Part shown: piece after piece, positions 63,574 to 64,000 of the stretch
How the letters are laid out: every line of letters begins with the position of its first letter
How positions within the stretch are numbered: position 1 is the first letter of the stretch
Assembly: GCF_001194135.2 (NCBI RefSeq)
Contig: NC_068981.1
Coordinates: 39,060,709 to 39,124,708, forward strand
Source of the DNA: Octopus bimaculoides
Lineage: Eukaryota
Direction: 5' to 3'
Length of the DNA: 64,000 bases
The notes under the pieces: model-generated
Database searches by the model: none
What the model saw: the letters and a program-made list of their open reading frames with translations, nothing else
Told to the model about the DNA's origin: nothing
Position numbers and translations under genes: made by a program

Positions 63574-63950
63574 GCAAGTGTCTCTGCCGTCTTGCATCTA
63601 CAATAGAGTGCATGAAACCATTCCCCATATCATGAATGAATGCCCTAGACTTACCCAAAAACCACTACAAGTTGTGGCGACATGACCAGGTAACGGCAGT
63701 GCTACAATGGAAACTGCAAACAGTGGGGGCTACAGAGAGGTAATACATGGTATGACCGCAGAGAGTGGCAGAGTCAGAGACTAGCAAAATCCTCTGGGAT
63801 TCCCCAATCCAAGCAGATCAGGTTCTAGAGCATAACAGATTGGACCTTGTGGTGGTGGACAAGGTGCACCACATATGCTATATAGTTAATGTTACATGCC
63901 CCTTTGACCCACGAATATTCAAGAAGGAAGACAAAAAGGCAGATGGATAG
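63572..63950 (+). mobile_element. second RLE element fragment: CCHC knuckle plus endonuclease
   Basis: CRL..ETIPHIMNECP..YKLWRHDQV..WKL, then ILWDSPIQADQVLEHNRLDLVVVDK..CYIVNVTCPFD..KKEDKK. Confidence 0.85.
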
Positions 63951-64000
63951 ACAGACAGACAGACAGACAGACAGATAGATAGATAGATAGATAGATACAT
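63945..64000. repeat. (GACA)n/(GATA)n microsatellite
   Basis: Visible directly. Confidence 0.95.

Overview
Very AT-rich, microsatellite-dense eukaryotic DNA with eight N-gaps. The repeat landscape is most consistent with an octopod cephalopod; this is an inference from composition and repeat types, and no database search was run. The window is mostly intronic or intergenic and built from decayed mobile elements: four mariner remnants from apparently different subfamilies, pogo and hAT MITEs, a fold-back mariner MITE that has captured an RTE-LINE fragment, RTE LINE pieces and their young 3'-tail derivatives, R2-superfamily (restriction-like endonuclease) remnants, a Helitron helicase remnant, Penelope-like (GIY-YIG) remnants, and at least five tRNA-headed SINE families with clear target-site duplications (TSDs) and nesting. 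No intact long ORF, rRNA, tRNA or CRISPR array is present; most ORFs in the supplied track are microsatellite or gap artefacts. A CpG-rich, promoter-like patch at 5.5 kb (three E-boxes plus a YY1 motif) and several short candidate exons hint at an unidentified host gene, but I cannot name it. The most interesting signal is a tRNA-headed non-autonomous element carrying a minimal type-I hammerhead-ribozyme fold (54.7-55.1 kb and 22.2-22.5 kb). One copy has a 5' fold-back, and the other has a deletion that removes exactly the part enclosed by helix I. Two further hammerhead-like motifs (18.9 kb, 22.6 kb) and a rearranged Penelope-like locus with an inverted, splice-donor-bearing mini-exon (4.9-6.9 kb) point to a possible Penelope-driven, ribozyme-containing SINE system.
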